IMG/VR virus record: IMGVR_UViG_3300029288_000078
Coordinates: 54,733 to 118,732 of that record
Reading direction: 5' to 3' (one strand)
From: a virus
Taxonomy: Duplodnaviria > Heunggongvirae > Uroviricota > Caudoviricetes
Length of the DNA: 64,000 nt
Shown here: piece by piece, positions 1 to 10,040 of the stretch
Position numbering within the stretch: position 1 is the first letter of the stretch
Layout: every line of letters begins with the position of its first letter
Made by a program: the position numbers and the translations under genes
The notes under the pieces: model-generated
The model's database searches: none
The model's input: only the letters and a program-made list of their open reading frames with translations
Told to the model about the DNA's origin: nothing

Positions 1-185
1 ATTGATTCTGCGTGGGCTTTCATTAGAGCTTGGTAGTCTGGGCTTTTAGACAGAAGAAAAACCAAATGATCTTCCATTACATCAATGCGAGCTTTTAGTG
101 CGGTACCTGCTGCTAGTACTTCATTTAGTTTGCCTAATATGTGTTCAACGGGCGTAGCTTTTAATAAATCGATATCGTTACTCAT
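1..185 (-). CDS. Hypothetical protein, 5' part only (runs off window start)
   Basis: ATG at 185 with GGAGG-type SD upstream; open frame MSNDIDLLKATPVEHILGKLNEVLAAG... to window edge; follows portal co-directionally. Confidence 0.7.
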   Translation of the reverse strand, partial: MSNDIDLLKATPVEHILGKLNEVLAAGTALKARIDVMEDHLVFLLSKSPDYQALMKAHAES

Positions 186-238
186 AGGGAACCTCCTTAA
201 CTTAATTATCTCAACACCCTACGAGTAAGTCAAACCCA

Positions 239-2257
239 CTAATTTAAATTAACTTTTACCCAAGATTCAAATAAAGATTCAACAGAGCTTTTTTGCATTG
301 GTTCGGCGAGTTGTTTAGAGTTGCGTTTATATATTTCGCGTAAACTCTGGGATTGTTGCATTGGCTCTTGTGCTTGTTCTGGAGATGCTTGTTGATCAGG
401 TTGTGGTTGATTGGCTTGTTCGATTTGTATTTGCCCTGTTTGTAATTGTTGTGCTGACATGGCGGTTTGCATTTGAGACTGGGCTTGCTGATCTTGAATC
501 GGTGTGACTTTAAGTTGTTGATACACTTGGTTCATATTTGTATCGATAATAAAGTCGTATGCTGGATTGTTTTCGGCTTCTTTATCGGCTAAAAAGTACT
601 TGCGGTACTCCCAATACTTCATGTTTTTTGCAACAAATTGATTAAAGTGAGGGCAAAGTGGAGCGTCGCCGGCAAAAGGGAAGGGATCTGTTCTATCAGA
701 ATCACACCATAGAGAGTTCATCGTCGCAGTAGTATTAAGTTCGTTTACATTACGACTGACGATAGCATCTCTGGTATCTTCACCAACGCCGGAATAACTA
801 ATAGCGAATATTTCTTTACCTTCTCTAAAATGATCAAATACAATGGCATTAAGTCCATCATAAATAACATCCAAAAGCATTCTCAAGCCTGTTTCTTCAC
901 CATATACTATTTCGGTTTGTTTTCCTGCCTGAGTCATAGAGCCTTGTGCACTTAACCCTAGAGAACCATAGCCCATTTCCATAGGACTGATTTGAAATGC
1001 CGAACATAATGCACGTACTATATGCTCTTCTAAATGTAAAAATTCCAAGTCTTTTGGGGATTGATTAAGTGGGATGAAATTAGCTTTAACAGGCCCACCA
1101 ATAACAGGAATTACATTAGAGTTGTCAGTACGGGTTACGAAGTTGTGGAATTGTTGTCTAAAGTCTTCAATATCATCTTCGGATAATTGAGCGCTGGGGC
1201 TGGTACTTTCTAACACCAACATCCCTTTAGATGCCATGCCTTTAACAAACTGATTTCTTAAATAAGTTAAAGTTTGTTGGTGAACATAAACCATATAAAC
1301 AGCAAGTTCAATCGGGGCTAAAGGGTAGCTATTTAAATCAAATAACGCTTGACTCTGATAGTTCCAAATAACCAAATCGTCTTGAGTAAAAAAGTTTACA
1401 TCTTGCCCATCAATTCTTTGCACATAAGCTACTGGTCGCTGTACTGGCTTTAACTCAGTGTATGCTTCTAAGTCTTTTGTACTTTGATAATGAGTATCGT
1501 CTCCCACTGCAAGAGTAGGTACTTCGCCATCCATAACGCGATAAATCGTTTCCACAGGTACAGGACGAAATAATATTGCCAAGCCAGATTGATCTCGAAT
1601 AATCTGAGTTGCACATCTGCCAAAAGTTAATAAGTTTCTAGTTTGTGCTTGGAGAAATTGGTATAAATTACAGTTTTTAAAATCAGCATCAGAAGTAACA
1701 TAAACTAGATTAATTAAATCCTGATCTTTAGTACCGCAATGCATAATCCAATCTAAAATTGACTTACCTTGTTCATTGCGTATGTGTTTGGCTTGTTCAA
1801 AATCTTCTTTATTACCAAAGTTCTTTAGAGATAGTGCATTAAGCTCTCTAATCCGAGTACCTTTATCGAACTTAGATTCAGAAGGCCGACCAATGGAAGT
1901 TACTTGCGCTGCTCGTTTAGAGATAATTGCCGAAATGTAAGGATCTATAATTGACACTTCTCTAAGCTCAGTATCGCTTAATCGTTTAAACCCTTTTTGC
2001 TCTACCGCTCCATACGATGCTTGAGTACGTCTAGTACCAAACACAACCTTAGATTGAGTGGTTGAATCTAGTTTTTCTGGAAACTCTTGTGGCTTAACTG
2101 ATTTCCTCATCTCACCAACAAAATGATCAGTAGAAAACGGTTGTGGATCGATTTCTACTATCGGCCTTTTAGTTTTTTCAATAGGCTTACTAATTAAATC
2201 AACTTTTTCGGTTTTCTTTGTCGATTTTTTTAATGCCGAATCTTTCTTCTTTGTCAT
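239..2257 (-). CDS. Phage portal protein
   Basis: 672 aa; portal-like segments (RNLLTFGRCATQIIRD, FRPVPVETIY, KGMLVL, DLEFL...ALCSAFQISPMEMG); Gln-rich tail; near terminase. Confidence 0.85.
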   Translation of the reverse strand: MTKKKDSALKKSTKKTEKVDLISKPIEKTKRPIVEIDPQPFSTDHFVGEMRKSVKPQEFPEKLDSTTQSKVVFGTRRTQASYGAVEQKGFKRLSDTELREVSIIDPYISAIISKRAAQVTSIGRPSESKFDKGTRIRELNALSLKNFGNKEDFEQAKHIRNEQGKSILDWIMHCGTKDQDLINLVYVTSDADFKNCNLYQFLQAQTRNLLTFGRCATQIIRDQSGLAILFRPVPVETIYRVMDGEVPTLAVGDDTHYQSTKDLEAYTELKPVQRPVAYVQRIDGQDVNFFTQDDLVIWNYQSQALFDLNSYPLAPIELAVYMVYVHQQTLTYLRNQFVKGMASKGMLVLESTSPSAQLSEDDIEDFRQQFHNFVTRTDNSNVIPVIGGPVKANFIPLNQSPKDLEFLHLEEHIVRALCSAFQISPMEMGYGSLGLSAQGSMTQAGKQTEIVYGEETGLRMLLDVIYDGLNAIVFDHFREGKEIFAISYSGVGEDTRDAIVSRNVNELNTTATMNSLWCDSDRTDPFPFAGDAPLCPHFNQFVAKNMKYWEYRKYFLADKEAENNPAYDFIIDTNMNQVYQQLKVTPIQDQQAQSQMQTAMSAQQLQTGQIQIEQANQPQPDQQASPEQAQEPMQQSQSLREIYKRNSKQLAEPMQKSSVESLFESWVKVNLN

Positions 2258-2261
2258 TTAA

Positions 2262-3248
2262 TTATCCTTCTATTGCGCCTGAAATTTGGCATCTTAGAGC
2301 AACAGAATTTAAAGAATTATTAGTTGCTGTGATTTGTGTGGTTTTTAAAGTACTAGTAAACTGCGCTGAATCAGAACCTAATTTTTCAATAATCAAACCT
2401 TGTGAGTTGCCATCAAAAGTTAAAGTTAACTCGCCTGATGCAATAATATGAGCAAACCTAATCATGTAATCAAATATAACTAAACCGCCTGATACAGCAG
2501 ATTCATTCGTAGAATAGGGATTTAAAAATTCAATATAATCATTGGTTATTCGTAAGATTTGAAAAGTGCCTCTGTTGTAGAAATTAAAACCAACATTATT
2601 GATAATTACGAAATCATGAACGCGAGGTTGAGTGGTAGTGGGTTGTACAAAGATTTTAAATGCAGTGGCAAAGGATGTGCTTAAATCGACAATTGCTTCT
2701 TCGCCAAGTAAACCCTCATCGTTAACTACAATGTATCCCACACCTTTAGATTGAATAGTTAAAAGTTTGTCACAATTAAAGGCGGCAAAAGGACTGGTAA
2801 ACGAGTCAGTGTTGCGTTCTATCCATAGTTGATCGCCGGTGTTAACGGTTGTTGTGTCTATTGGGGTACCGGCTACGGTCATCAGTTTCATTGAACGTGG
2901 GCCAACTCTTGTTAGAGCAACTTGAGTGGTAGCGTCTATTCCTATTGCTCTTAATGATCGGAATAATGGGTTTGCGCCTACGCCATTCCACGTCATTCTA
3001 GTTGTTTCTTCTAATTCATTGGGGCGAGAGATATCAAATTGAGTGGTAGCAATACTAGCTGATAAAGTTCGTTGTGTAGAAACAATAGTACTGGTTTCTC
3101 CAGATGCAATAACAGTTTCTGATGATCTAACATTGGCTACGGCTATCTGACTAAATGTATCGGTAATGTCAGAAAGTCTAATTTTGGGATTCTCTACATT
3201 AGGATCGACATAAATCAAAACAGCTGTAGATAGATTAAGAAACGGCAT
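2262..3248 (-). CDS. Putative virion structural protein
   Basis: 328 aa, beta-rich Thr/Ser/Ile composition, between terminase and portal, good SD (AAGGAG). Confidence 0.55.
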   Translation of the reverse strand: MPFLNLSTAVLIYVDPNVENPKIRLSDITDTFSQIAVANVRSSETVIASGETSTIVSTQRTLSASIATTQFDISRPNELEETTRMTWNGVGANPLFRSLRAIGIDATTQVALTRVGPRSMKLMTVAGTPIDTTTVNTGDQLWIERNTDSFTSPFAAFNCDKLLTIQSKGVGYIVVNDEGLLGEEAIVDLSTSFATAFKIFVQPTTTQPRVHDFVIINNVGFNFYNRGTFQILRITNDYIEFLNPYSTNESAVSGGLVIFDYMIRFAHIIASGELTLTFDGNSQGLIIEKLGSDSAQFTSTLKTTQITATNNSLNSVALRCQISGAIEG

Positions 3249-3293
3249 TGGTAATTCTCCTTAAGTTTTATCGGTAATATTGCCATTGTAACA

Positions 3294-6200
3294 TCAACCA
3301 AACTTGAAGAATATCCCACCACCTCGCCTATTCTCTTTTTCGGATGCAATGCGCTCTTGATTCAAAGTAAAGGAGGGTGAGGCTTGCGCTAATGGTATGG
3401 CAAACGGAATATTAAACTTAGGCGTTAAATCTGCTATGCCATGTTCTCGTAAAAAATGATCGCTCATCTGTTTTTTTGCTAAAGCTATTTGAGCATCAAG
3501 GTTATTAGGATCACGAGCAGCTTCAAACAAATCTTCAGTGGAAACTTCTTTTCGATTGTTAGCAGCAAAGTGTATTTCTGATTCTGAGACAAAAGGATCT
3601 AGCCCGTATCTCAGAGAATCTTGCGCATGATTAAAATGATCTTTGTCATATTTTTCAAAATTATACCCAGTTTGCGTGCGTTCGTGTGTCCATTTTTGAA
3701 ACTCTTCTATCATGTCCACACTTAGGCGATCATCTAAAATACAAAAATTAACTTCTTGAGTTGCTACGTTCCACAACAAAGAGCGTACTTGAGATACTCC
3801 GGTTTCAATTCGTGCTGGTTTAACATCTCTGGTAGGTAAGTAGTGTTTGGCAAAATAGGTCGGAGCCGCAGCATCAGCCATATCAGGACAAATTAAATCT
3901 GGCGCAAACGCCTTACCATATGTATTAACGCAATAAAGTGCCCAATCTTGGTTTGAGTAGCCTGTTTTTAATTCGGAATGTAAAACAAAAGCTCTTTGTT
4001 CTTTTCGACTATAAGCGACAATTACCAAGGCAGCTGGATCTGTATATCCCCAGTCAATTCCCCAATGTATCTTCCACCCACGTTCTTTTAATACTTTATA
4101 TAAATCTCTTTTACTCGGTGTAACTAACTTTTTATCATCAGGGTTTTCACTGGCTAAACATTTTTCATACGCTTCTTCTGTTAAGTTCATAGGATTAAAA
4201 TCTTCGCCACGGGTTATCCAGCGGTAAGCAGCTTTAGATTCTTTAACGTGGAGATGAGGCGAAAACATAGGAAACACTAAACCAGAACTTTCAGGTTTCC
4301 AGTTTAAAATTTGTGAAATGATTTTTTTAGTATCTTTAACATCACGTAATCGGCCTGCTACGAAATTGGCTGTTCGGAGAGAAGGAGAGGTGCCTGTTTG
4401 TTTTGTTGCTCTGGCTTGGCACGCTACGAAAGCACCGCAAGTTCTACATCCATGATAAGCAAGAACTTCTATATAATTACTTTTGTTTTCTAGTTCAGCA
4501 GCAGCCTCTCCCCATATAATTTCCAAAGTATCTCGATGTATTAATGCTGGGATTTTTGGTTTTTCTGGCTGATGCAAAGCGGTTGGACATTTTTGCATAA
4601 AATCACCAAGTGACCATTTATGCAATCGAATGCCTTTAACTTCTGGGTTTTCTGCGTCGTCTATAAGAGATTGTAATGGACCACCTGAAAACTTACGCGA
4701 TGATAAATAAACAGAAACCGGATCAAACCCTTCTTTCATAGTTGGATCGGCTACATTTGCAGCTTCAGACATAATATCTGGATCTAGCAAATCAATCTCG
4801 TCGCTGATCATTAAAGATCCCCTGGCAGAATTTGTACCCTTTAAAGTCGCTACCATCACGACTATCTTGCAATCTTTTTTGTCAGTAAATGAGTTTGGAG
4901 GTAAGTTATTTAATATTTTTTCTTCTTTGTTGTTAATATCGGCATAATCAACAACTTCAGGTATCATTAAGAATTTGTCGAGGTATTTAATACACGCTTG
5001 ACTTTGTGTTTTTGTAGCAGCTAACTGACAACAATCTCGACGAAAATGCAACATTCCGTAGAAGTGTAAGATGGCGCTGCACAGAGTGTTGTGAGTTACT
5101 AATCCATTTTGAAGACAATAAAGAGAAGTTGGAGAATCAACCGTAATATCGTAACAATGATATTTTCCCGCAGGAATTACTTTGAAGCCTAATCCGTCGT
5201 GTTTAAAGTTGCGTTCGGTGAATAGTTCGTATTCTAGTTTCCATTTCTTGCTAGGAGTCACAAGATAAGGATCTAATTCCTTAATAATTCTTTTGCAGAT
5301 ATTATTATTGTTGATAGTAAATTTAAAGAGAGGTCCGTTTTTATAAGCATAATCAGGATTTGCTCCCCATCTGTTTTTGCATGTAATAGTAGATTCGTAT
5401 TGCCATAAAACAAAAACGGCATATTGAACAGCACGTACAACCTGTTCTGCTTGCATTCCCAACGATATACATAATGTGTTTTTGTTAAAAGCTTTGCCTA
5501 CATTAACGCTGCCATCTGTATCTATAATTCCTGCAACAAAATTTAACAAAGTTTCTCTATCCCATGAGTAAATTGCACTCCAATCTACTGTTTTTTCATG
5601 TGCTTTTTTATTCCTGATATGTTGTTCATAAAAATCAGAAAATATATATTTCACCCCTGGGCGCTGCGAGTGAATAATATAACTAAAATTATTGCTTCTT
5701 AATTTTAAATAGGTTGTATTTAACAAACCAGCTACTTTTTCTGGGATTAGTTCATTGGCACTTGATATTCTTAATCCGCATTCCGTAGAGCAACCGTCAC
5801 CTAAGAAAGCACCTAGAGCATATGCATAAGGATCGTGTGTATTTCCTAATGGTAGTGCCAATTCTTTTCGAACAACTCTATCTCTAAAGTTAAAATCTTT
5901 TACTTTTTTGACTTCATATTTTTCTATAAAGCCTCCTTGTTGTCGCCATTTTCCTCGCGTTAACCAAGGATGTTCTTCAGTACACGTTGCCCAGATTTTT
6001 CCTCCCCATGTTAAATGTACGCATTCTTGGATTCCCTGATCCCATACTCCAATAACTTTTATTTCTTTTGCATGTTCATCGTAAACTGTATCGCCAATTT
6101 TTAAGTTTTGAATTTCTACAGGGCCGGAAGGAGTTGCAATTAATGTAGTTTTTTCTATACATTTCATTCCATTTCGATTTACAGCTACCACATGCCTAAA

Positions 6201-6410
6201 ATCACCGGAATTAGTTAACATGGTATTGTATATAGACCACATGAATTCAAGCGGATTGGAAGTTGATAATTCATCTACATTATATCGGGGCAAGTCTATA
6301 TTAAGAAACATTTTAATATGGAGATATAGCTCTTCCTTAGAAGAACAAACTTCCCAAAATTCACGTTTTCTATATTCTTCGGGCGTCAAAATTACATCAT
6401 TAACCTGCAT
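3294..6410 (-). CDS. terL: Terminase large subunit, intein-containing (about 680 aa after splicing)
   Basis: Walker A-like NRNGMK/T split by intein; Walker B MISDEID; RNase H-like nuclease motifs WGIDWGYTDP and NHAQDSLRY. Confidence 0.92.
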   Translation of the reverse strand: MQVNDVILTPEEYRKREFWEVCSSKEELYLHIKMFLNIDLPRYNVDELSTSNPLEFMWSIYNTMLTNSGDFRHVVAVNRNGMKCIEKTTLIATPSGPVEIQNLKIGDTVYDEHAKEIKVIGVWDQGIQECVHLTWGGKIWATCTEEHPWLTRGKWRQQGGFIEKYEVKKVKDFNFRDRVVRKELALPLGNTHDPYAYALGAFLGDGCSTECGLRISSANELIPEKVAGLLNTTYLKLRSNNFSYIIHSQRPGVKYIFSDFYEQHIRNKKAHEKTVDWSAIYSWDRETLLNFVAGIIDTDGSVNVGKAFNKNTLCISLGMQAEQVVRAVQYAVFVLWQYESTITCKNRWGANPDYAYKNGPLFKFTINNNNICKRIIKELDPYLVTPSKKWKLEYELFTERNFKHDGLGFKVIPAGKYHCYDITVDSPTSLYCLQNGLVTHNTLCSAILHFYGMLHFRRDCCQLAATKTQSQACIKYLDKFLMIPEVVDYADINNKEEKILNNLPPNSFTDKKDCKIVVMVATLKGTNSARGSLMISDEIDLLDPDIMSEAANVADPTMKEGFDPVSVYLSSRKFSGGPLQSLIDDAENPEVKGIRLHKWSLGDFMQKCPTALHQPEKPKIPALIHRDTLEIIWGEAAAELENKSNYIEVLAYHGCRTCGAFVACQARATKQTGTSPSLRTANFVAGRLRDVKDTKKIISQILNWKPESSGLVFPMFSPHLHVKESKAAYRWITRGEDFNPMNLTEEAYEKCLASENPDDKKLVTPSKRDLYKVLKERGWKIHWGIDWGYTDPAALVIVAYSRKEQRAFVLHSELKTGYSNQDWALYCVNTYGKAFAPDLICPDMADAAAPTYFAKHYLPTRDVKPARIETGVSQVRSLLWNVATQEVNFCILDDRLSVDMIEEFQKWTHERTQTGYNFEKYDKDHFNHAQDSLRYGLDPFVSESEIHFAANNRKEVSTEDLFEAARDPNNLDAQIALAKKQMSDHFLREHGIADLTPKFNIPFAIPLAQASPSFTLNQERIASEKENRRGGGIFFKFG
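5088..6161 (-). mobile_element. Intein with LAGLIDADG homing endonuclease (residues C84-N441, 358 aa)
   Basis: Starts CIEKTT; block B TEEHPW; endonuclease blocks LGAFLGDG and VAGIIDTDG; ends VTHN followed by T(+1). Confidence 0.93.
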
Positions 6411-6478
6411 TTATAATTCCTCTTGTTATTAAAGGAATTATAAACGATTAATGATCAAATATACTAGCCATTGGATTT

Positions 6479-6751
6479 TTACTTTTTAACGGCAGGCAAT
6501 GTTGGCTCTAAAGTTTTCTTTAATTCGTCGATCTCAGCCTGTCTCGCAGCTGCTAATCTTTCATCCTGCTCTTTTGCTAACTTGTCATATGCAGTACTAA
6601 TATCAATAGAATCATTAACCGAATTATTAAGCTGATTAACACCTTTTTTCCAGTTTGCTTTAATCTTCGCTTGCCGTGCCTGATCTTTAATAAACCAAGT
6701 AATAAATAAATTTACCAACGGAGTAACGAGATTTAATATTGCTACTATCAT
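6479..6751 (-). CDS. Small membrane-anchored coiled-coil protein (possible lysis accessory)
   Basis: N-terminal hydrophobic helix then charged coiled coil; overlaps stop of upstream lipoprotein gene. Confidence 0.5.
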   Translation of the reverse strand: MIVAILNLVTPLVNLFITWFIKDQARQAKIKANWKKGVNQLNNSVNDSIDISTAYDKLAKEQDERLAAARQAEIDELKKTLEPTLPAVKK

Positions 6752-7407
6752 TGTTCTTGATATCCTCTCGTGGTTATACGGTGTACTTTGCCAGACTTAA
6801 GCCCAACTGCCCGATATACACAATCTCCAGTGTTCATTAAATAATAACAATAAATGCCTGTACACTCCATCGGATTACAACCTTCTCTTGCTACTACGTC
6901 ACTACCTTCCGATAACTGAATCATTTGCTTTAAGCCTGCCGGAGATTGACACAATGTTGCACCAACCGTTTTAATCGTTACACCATCACACGTGTTATAA
7001 GCTTCCATGTTTTCTTTTTCACTAGTAAAATCTATAACAGCACTTTTAATAGCGCCCAGTTTTGTCAGACTCTCTACCTTCATTAAACAACTGCCAACGT
7101 TTTCTACTAAAGGACGGGGTTGATAAACAAAAACATAAGGATTTGTGGTTGGACTAAAAATCCTAACACGCCTATGACAAGTAGTAATAAATAAACGCTC
7201 AGTATCTTTTGGTAAGGTAAATTTAAATTCTCTATAAGCTTTGTGTGGTACTACTGCCAATCCTTTATACGCTACACCGTCAATGCTAAATTCAAGATCG
7301 GCTGGGATTTTGAATGTGTCTAAAGAACTACCCATTGCTTGCGATATGTAAATTGGCGCTGGTGTTGCACAGGAAATTAACAATAAAAATAACGGAATAA
7401 ATCTCAT
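6748..7407 (-). CDS. Cys-rich lipoprotein
   Basis: Signal peptide with lipobox MRFIPLFLLLIS-C; multiple Cys in mature part. Confidence 0.7.
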   Translation of the reverse strand: MRFIPLFLLLISCATPAPIYISQAMGSSLDTFKIPADLEFSIDGVAYKGLAVVPHKAYREFKFTLPKDTERLFITTCHRRVRIFSPTTNPYVFVYQPRPLVENVGSCLMKVESLTKLGAIKSAVIDFTSEKENMEAYNTCDGVTIKTVGATLCQSPAGLKQMIQLSEGSDVVAREGCNPMECTGIYCYYLMNTGDCVYRAVGLKSGKVHRITTRGYQEQ

Positions 7408-7416
7408 AAACCCTCC

Positions 7417-7887
7417 TTAAAGTGCCGCAATATCTGCGTCACGTTGTGCAAGCCGTTGGATGCGCCAAATGTTAAATGCCGTAGCTTCAGCTAATTTTCC
7501 TGTTACATATGCTTGGGCTGCTTCTGTAGTAGGAAATATAGCAGGAACATATGCAGCAATATTAAGAGCCATATCATTCCAGCTTTGGTTTACAGTGCTG
7601 GCAACAACTCTATCTTTTGTGCCATAGACAACGTACATCTGGGAATCTACATCAGCGTTAAAACTGTCTTTTAAAGCTGCTATTTGTACAGCTTTAGTTG
7701 CCTCTGCTTTGGCTGCTGTGTCTTCTACGATAGACAGAACGCCTTCGGTGTCTACTACTTTTAAAAAGCGTAAGTCTAATCCTTCGGGTGTTTCTATTTG
7801 CACAAAATTCTCAGAATCAAAGCCGTTGTAAAACACCTCGAATATCTGAGTTACTGCTAAATCTAATTTTCCAATTAATGCGTACAT
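7417..7887 (-). CDS. Tail fibre assembly/chaperone-like protein (paralogue A)
   Basis: Directly downstream of fibre gene; aligns with 9517..10038 (AKAEATKAVQIAALK vs AKAEAAKAQQVAALK). Confidence 0.55.
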   Translation of the reverse strand: MYALIGKLDLAVTQIFEVFYNGFDSENFVQIETPEGLDLRFLKVVDTEGVLSIVEDTAAKAEATKAVQIAALKDSFNADVDSQMYVVYGTKDRVVASTVNQSWNDMALNIAAYVPAIFPTTEAAQAYVTGKLAEATAFNIWRIQRLAQRDADIAAL

Positions 7888-7897
7888 AAGCTATTCC

Positions 7898-9484
7898 TTA
7901 AATAAAGTACCAACCAGAAACGTCGATAGTAGCGGCACCCGTACCACAAGCCAGCGCCCTAAACGTACCTCCAATTTCCGATCTATTTGAACCTGAACTG
8001 TCAGCTACTACGCCAAAATCTTGGTTGCTTGTTCCATACACAACTACCGTACCATTTACATACCCAGAACTATTTCTAGTTGGTACATTAGGAGGTGTAG
8101 TAAAAACAAATGAAGTTAACGCGGTTAGGCCGTTAGCTGTAATAGATAGGCCAGTAATCCTACATTCAAAAAAGCAAATACCGTTTGATACGCGGTATTT
8201 TGCCCCAGTTATTGTGGTAGATCCTGGTTTAGTCATATTTGATACAGGTGTTACCGTGGGGTTCCATACTGATTGGCTAGGATTTGCATCCTGTGGAAAT
8301 TGAGCTATTGCCCCAACCACATCACCGCTTAAATGATTAGGAGAACTGTCTACCCAAGTCCCCTCGCCAATGCCCTCCGGCTCTAGATCGAGGACTGCGC
8401 CATTTTGTACTAAACTCATACCTGTAAAGGTTGTAGGCGAACCCGATGTTCCCGATACGTCAAATTCAAGGCCAAAGTTAGTTGATGCTGCATTTACTGT
8501 TAAATCAATATACGTCATACCTGCGGTAATCGTATATGCACTAGAACGTGCTCCAGAACCTGCTGCGTTTGTTAAAAGAACTTGTACAGTAATTCCTGAT
8601 GGAATCGATGCAGTAAAATACAATCTGTATACTTTTCCTACGACTAAATTACCAACTAAGTTTAAAATACCAGCAACACCAGTAGAGGCAGTATTTACAC
8701 CTGTCCAGCTAGAAGTTGTACTAGAAAAGCCACTTTCAAAAGTAGATCCTGAGTTAATAGCCGCTACAGTTAAAAAATTTGCAAAAGAAGCTCCGTTATC
8801 TTCATAATCTAATTTGCCGCCATCACTATATCGAGATAGCTTGGCTGCTGGTAAAACATAACTAAATAAAGCTGCGCGAGAAATATGCTTAGTGACTCCA
8901 ACGTCTCCTGAAATCCTGAAGTTAGGTGAGCCTGCAATATTTCTTAAAGTCTGTCCTGTTATTATTTCAGATACACCATTTAAAGTAACAGTTATTGTAG
9001 TACCTGAACGAGATACTATAATAGTTTGGTAAACACCGTCTATTACTTTTAAAATTGTAGTAGGAGATGTTGTTGTAAGTCCTGCTCCACCTACTTGATA
9101 AAGTTGGATAAAATTAGAAGCGTTTTTCTGAAGAAAACAAAAGTTATTACCGTCAACATAGAAAAAAGCTAAGTTGTCGGCAGTAGTGCTTTGTTTGAAA
9201 ACACCTGCCACAAGGATAGTAAAATCTCCATTACCTACCGACATAAGACTAGATACAGCAGTTTGTATACTTCCTGCACCACCTGCATCAAAGAAGTACG
9301 ACGCCTTATCCGCAGCCGCATTTTGTATATTTTGCACAGATGGCAGTTGATTACCGTTCGTATTGGACACAGGTAAATCAGGATCGAAAGTTAGCATGTC
9401 GATGATGCTGTTATCTGCTTTTTTGCCTTTGATCTTCGTATTGCCGCTCGCTCGCGGGTTCATAAAAATGCGATCACTCGTCAT
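7898..9484 (-). CDS. Tail fibre / receptor-binding protein A with LamG/ConA-like domain
   Basis: 528 aa, G/S/T-rich; LamG-like GDFTILVAG...YQTIIVSRSGTTITVTLNG; shares blocks with 10041..11597. Confidence 0.7.
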   Translation of the reverse strand: MTSDRIFMNPRASGNTKIKGKKADNSIIDMLTFDPDLPVSNTNGNQLPSVQNIQNAAADKASYFFDAGGAGSIQTAVSSLMSVGNGDFTILVAGVFKQSTTADNLAFFYVDGNNFCFLQKNASNFIQLYQVGGAGLTTTSPTTILKVIDGVYQTIIVSRSGTTITVTLNGVSEIITGQTLRNIAGSPNFRISGDVGVTKHISRAALFSYVLPAAKLSRYSDGGKLDYEDNGASFANFLTVAAINSGSTFESGFSSTTSSWTGVNTASTGVAGILNLVGNLVVGKVYRLYFTASIPSGITVQVLLTNAAGSGARSSAYTITAGMTYIDLTVNAASTNFGLEFDVSGTSGSPTTFTGMSLVQNGAVLDLEPEGIGEGTWVDSSPNHLSGDVVGAIAQFPQDANPSQSVWNPTVTPVSNMTKPGSTTITGAKYRVSNGICFFECRITGLSITANGLTALTSFVFTTPPNVPTRNSSGYVNGTVVVYGTSNQDFGVVADSSGSNRSEIGGTFRALACGTGAATIDVSGWYFI

Positions 9485-9516
9485 GTTAACTTCCTTTCAA
9501 ATTAGAATTACTCTGA

Positions 9517-10038
9517 CTATCCATTAAGAATAGCGGCCTTGTCTGCGTTAAATTGAGCTGATCTTTCGATGCAGAATAAAGAGTATGCCTCACATGCAGC
9601 TACTTTAGGTGTTGCATAAGCTAGTACTGCTGTTTCATCTGCGAACAAATTACCTACATAAGAAGAAGGCTTCGTAACCATCTTCTCCCATGTTAAGTAC
9701 TGTCTTGTTGCACTGTTTTCATTCATGGTACCGAATAAAGCAAACATTGCATCTGTGATGTCTTTATCGGAGATGGCTTTAAGAGCTGCTACCTGCTGCG
9801 CTTTGGCAGCTTCTGCTTTGGCCGCAACCTTCTCGCTGTCTCCTACCAAAGTTATTACGTCTTCGATTAAGACGGCTTTAACACAGTCGGCAGATAAGCC
9901 TTCGGGGAGTTCTAAATGTACGCAAATAGGCTCAGTGTCTGAAACGCTCCGCCCAGGGTTAACATCATCTTTTTCTTCTGCGATATAGTAACCTCTAACT
10001 ACTAACTCTTCCTTGTTTACCATAACAAATGTTTTCAT
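9517..10038 (-). CDS. Tail fibre assembly/chaperone-like protein (paralogue B)
   Basis: Start moved to MKTFVMV at 10038, immediately after fibre B stop; paralogous to 7417..7887. Confidence 0.55.
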   Translation of the reverse strand: MKTFVMVNKEELVVRGYYIAEEKDDVNPGRSVSDTEPICVHLELPEGLSADCVKAVLIEDVITLVGDSEKVAAKAEAAKAQQVAALKAISDKDITDAMFALFGTMNENSATRQYLTWEKMVTKPSSYVGNLFADETAVLAYATPKVAACEAYSLFCIERSAQFNADKAAILNG

Positions 10039-10040
10039 AA

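Noticed and set aside
3268-3275. ACCGATAA as another sigma-28 promoter (also ACCGATAA on + at 37216 and CCCGATAT at 49475)
   Set aside because: No TAAAG-like -35 at the 11-nt spacing.
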